From: an uncultured Erysipelotrichaceae bacterium
GTDB lineage: Bacteria > Bacillota_I > Bacilli_A > RFN20 > CAG-826
Assembly: GCA_902800355.1 (NCBI GenBank)
Contig: CADCEE010000002.1
Coordinates: 13,227-77,226, forward strand
DNA: 64,000 nt
Direction: 5' to 3'
Below are positions 63,364 through 64,000 of this stretch, piece by piece. Under the pieces are notes generated by a model, which saw only the letters and a list, made by a program, of their open reading frames with translations, did no database searches and was not told the DNA's origin. Made by a program: the position numbers and the translations under genes. The stretch's first letter is position 1. Each line of letters begins with the position of its first letter.

Positions 63364-64000
63364 TTAGTCTCCGTAAGAGGTTACGATGCTTCTCCAGTTT
63401 GTGAAGTTAGTCTCACTTGCCGTATAGACACTCGAAGTGTTACACGTGTAGCCACTACCATCTTTCATTGGGAAGAAGCAACATAAACCATACGAATTAC
63501 CAGCTCCAGTTCCGGCTTTAGAGTATGCAACCAAGTTAGCGAATGCTGTTAATACAGCACTAGTTTGAGTTGATGCACCAGAGAATGCAGATGTGGCTCT
63601 AATCTTATTCACCACGTCTTTAGCGTCTAAGATACCAAAGTAGCTATATCCTTCGCTGTCACTATCCGTGCCATAGTATTGACACGTCTTCATAAGTGTC
63701 TGGAATTTACTCTTACCATAAGAACTAATCATTGAATTAATGGTACTCGCCATTGTCTCCCAAGCAGATTTATATGCTGACATATAAGATAAATCAAGAT
63801 ATGAGAGTGTTTGATCACTGCTAGACCCTTGTTCAGCAAGGAAGCTATCACAAATAGCCTTAAGGATATTTGGTGTAGTCTTCTTAGCGTAGGCATCATC
63901 TAACCAGTTATCATAATCCCAACCAGCGCCAGCTTCAGATTCTTCAGAAGCAATCATGTAGTTGAAGTATTGAGAATTGAATTCCGCAATATCTTGAACT
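63364..64000 (-). CDS. clostripain-family (C11) peptidase paralog, C-terminal part (gene continues beyond right edge)
   Basis: The frame stays open upstream of the ORF-track Met: rc of 63958-64000 reads VQDIAEFNSQYFNY, then MIASEESEAGAGWDYDNWLDD. This is collinear with AVQDIAEMNSPYFKYMVASEESEAGAGWNYDTWIDD of the 56119-58155 protein. Confidence 0.85.
   Translation of the reverse strand, partial: VQDIAEFNSQYFNYMIASEESEAGAGWDYDNWLDDAYAKKTTPNILKAICDSFLAEQGSSSDQTLSYLDLSYMSAYKSAWETMASTINSMISSYGKSKFQTLMKTCQYYGTDSDSEGYSYFGILDAKDVVNKIRATSAFSGASTQTSAVLTAFANLVAYSKAGTGAGNSYGLCCFFPMKDGSGYTCNTSSVYTASETNFTNWRSIVTSYGD

Noticed and set aside
1-64000. Mollicute genetic code 4 (TGA = Trp), suggested by the low GC content and lipoprotein-rich surface.
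   Set aside because: All conserved genes are full length under the standard code, and Trp residues in conserved motifs are TGG. TGA terminates genes at 23185-23187 (ABC paralog) and 27908-27910 (ymcA).
56119-64000. The two C11 paralogs as substrates for recombination or phase-variable inversion or deletion of the S8 gene and the HTH/NTase segment.
   Set aside because: The paralogs are in direct orientation but are only about 70-75% identical at the nucleotide level where I compared them. The longest identical run I saw was about 14 nt (GCAATATCTTGAAC), which is too diverged for efficient homologous recombination.
1-64000. Prophage, ICE, IS element or integron content.
   Set aside because: I found no integrase, transposase, recombinase, terminal inverted repeats, phage structural genes or attC-like sites. 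The accessory segments are single genes or gene pairs without mobility genes.

Overview
This 64-kb window comes from a low-GC chromosome that uses the standard genetic code. TGA is a stop codon at 23185-23187 and 27908-27910, and Trp is TGG. Gene order is strongly Bacillus-like: pth-mfd-yabO-tilS-ftsH-dusB-lysS, pgsA-cinA-recA, rny-ymdB-miaB-ymcA, dnaD-nth and gpsB-rnpB. Together with a compact type-B RNase P RNA and surface proteins anchored by lipoboxes or TM tails (no LPXTG seen), this suggests a reduced Firmicute such as an Acholeplasma- or Erysipelotrichia-like organism; that placement is inference only.

I support about 60 protein genes, roughly 85% on the minus strand and mostly housekeeping (translation, tRNA modification, glycolysis, DNA repair, phospholipid synthesis). 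The RNA features are 7 tRNA genes (a solitary Leu-GAG, a Val-Tyr-Gln-Lys-Leu operon, and a Gln-CUG abutting a CDS), rnpB, and a SAM-I-like riboswitch upstream of metK.

The accessory or unusual content is:
- An orphan RhuM-family/HKD-like fusion gene beside tRNA-Leu.
- Two overlapping MacB-type fused ABC ATPase-FtsX permease genes.
- A 10-kb island of four Ig-domain-decorated surface proteases (one metallo, two C11 clostripain-like, one S8 subtilisin). It is interrupted by an AbiE-like pair: an XRE-HTH gene plus a nucleotidyltransferase gene.
- Several gene fusions, truncations and start-site oddities.

I saw no integrase, transposase, CRISPR array or rRNA. All family calls rest on motif recognition by eye, because no database search was possible.
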